A DNA stretch of 46,645 nt from a virus (taxonomy: Duplodnaviria > Heunggongvirae > Uroviricota > Caudoviricetes), in IMG/VR virus record IMGVR_UViG_3300031134_000612, one strand, 5' to 3'. This document shows positions 46,005 through 46,645 of the stretch, in pieces. Under the pieces are notes generated by a model. The model did not search any database and was not told the DNA's origin. It saw nothing but the letters and a program-made list of their open reading frames with translations. A program made the translations under genes and the position numbers. The number at the start of each line of letters is the position of its first letter. Position 1 is the first letter of the stretch.

Positions 46005-46622
46005 TCAAATGCTGTGCATTTCATCCACCATAACCATCATCTCATACAATTCCTTATCAAAACACTTTTCTGATATAGCAAACGTATTGTTTTCAAACGT
46101 ATCGAGTTTCGGATGTAGAGTAAAAAATGTTTTAAAGACTAAATCATCAACAGAAGAATAGACACAAGCCTTATTATCAATGTAAAAGTCACCAGTAATA
46201 ATACCATTTTCAATAGTGACACAAAAGATATTTTTTGAATACAGTGCGTCATTAGCATTCTCTTTTAATGACAAGCTAATGTTATATTCAATCTGTATTT
46301 CAGTCGAACTCAAAAATCTGCGAACTGTCCACATCATTATTTCAAAATCAATACCATTCAGCTTGTTTTTGTAAGTAAGGCTACGTTCACATTGACCAAT
46401 AGTAGGAAAATCAGAAATGAAAAAAGATATCTTACTAATATAATTTTTAAACATTTCAATAGATGAAGTGTTGTCATAAACAGTAAAGTTTTCTCTTAAA
46501 AAAGAATCAAAATGAATGTCATTATGAATCCAATGAGAAGTAAAATCATTAATATAGCGACAATGATCTTGTTCAACGGCTAAGATGAGATTTCCATCAA
46601 TATTATGGGGATTTAAGAACAT
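46005..46622 (-). CDS. Hypothetical protein with C-terminal M-x-x-I motif (about 205 aa)
   Basis: ATG at 46622; start uncertain near the window edge; ends VDEMHSI. Confidence 0.68.
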   Translation of the reverse strand: MFLNPHNIDGNLILAVEQDHCRYINDFTSHWIHNDIHFDSFLRENFTVYDNTSSIEMFKNYISKISFFISDFPTIGQCERSLTYKNKLNGIDFEIMMWTVRRFLSSTEIQIEYNISLSLKENANDALYSKNIFCVTIENGIITGDFYIDNKACVYSSVDDLVFKTFFTLHPKLDTFENNTFAISEKCFDKELYEMMVMVDEMHSI

Positions 46623-46645
46623 TTTAATTCTACCATTCAAAACAG

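Noticed and set aside
875-46161. Numerous 60-150-aa ORFs antisense to or nested in longer genes (e.g. 15561..16016, 19015..19347, 38859..39194, 42654..42977)
   Set aside because: They overlap better-supported genes, lack SD sequences and show no recognisable motifs.

Overview
AT-rich accessory region of a large mobile element, most likely a jumbo phage or phage-plasmid/megaplasmid of a gammaproteobacterial host (sigma70-type promoters, IHF-consensus sites, Orn and PspC homologues). The window has no structural, replication, integrase, rRNA or CRISPR genes. It is dense in mostly monocistronic genes. Recognisable products: Pol-beta-like nucleotidyltransferase, PcfJ-like protein, oligoribonuclease, PphA/NinI-like metallophosphatase, PD-(D/E)XK endonuclease, two RNA-repair-type HAD proteins, nucleoside 2-deoxyribosyltransferase, PspC, MYG1 exonuclease and a MazG-like protein. 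It also carries two large exported Ig-like/thrombospondin-like paralogues, several tandem paralogue families, and many proteins ending in a shared M-x-x-I C-terminal motif. The standout is a minus-strand module at about 20420-22045. A sigma70 promoter drives a 16-codon leader peptide, MKPTFAVSYYYSSYSS, followed by mutually exclusive RNA hairpins and an intrinsic terminator, i.e. the layout of a classical ribosome-coupled attenuator. Downstream lies a tRNA array made only of tRNA-Tyr(GUA) x4 and tRNA-Ser(UGA) x3, including a D-armless tRNA-Tyr and a 53-nt CCA-ended mini-RNA. The inference is a circuit that senses Tyr/Ser tRNA depletion (for example by host anticodon-nuclease defences) and resupplies those same tRNAs. 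All folds and family calls were made by eye, without computation or database searches.
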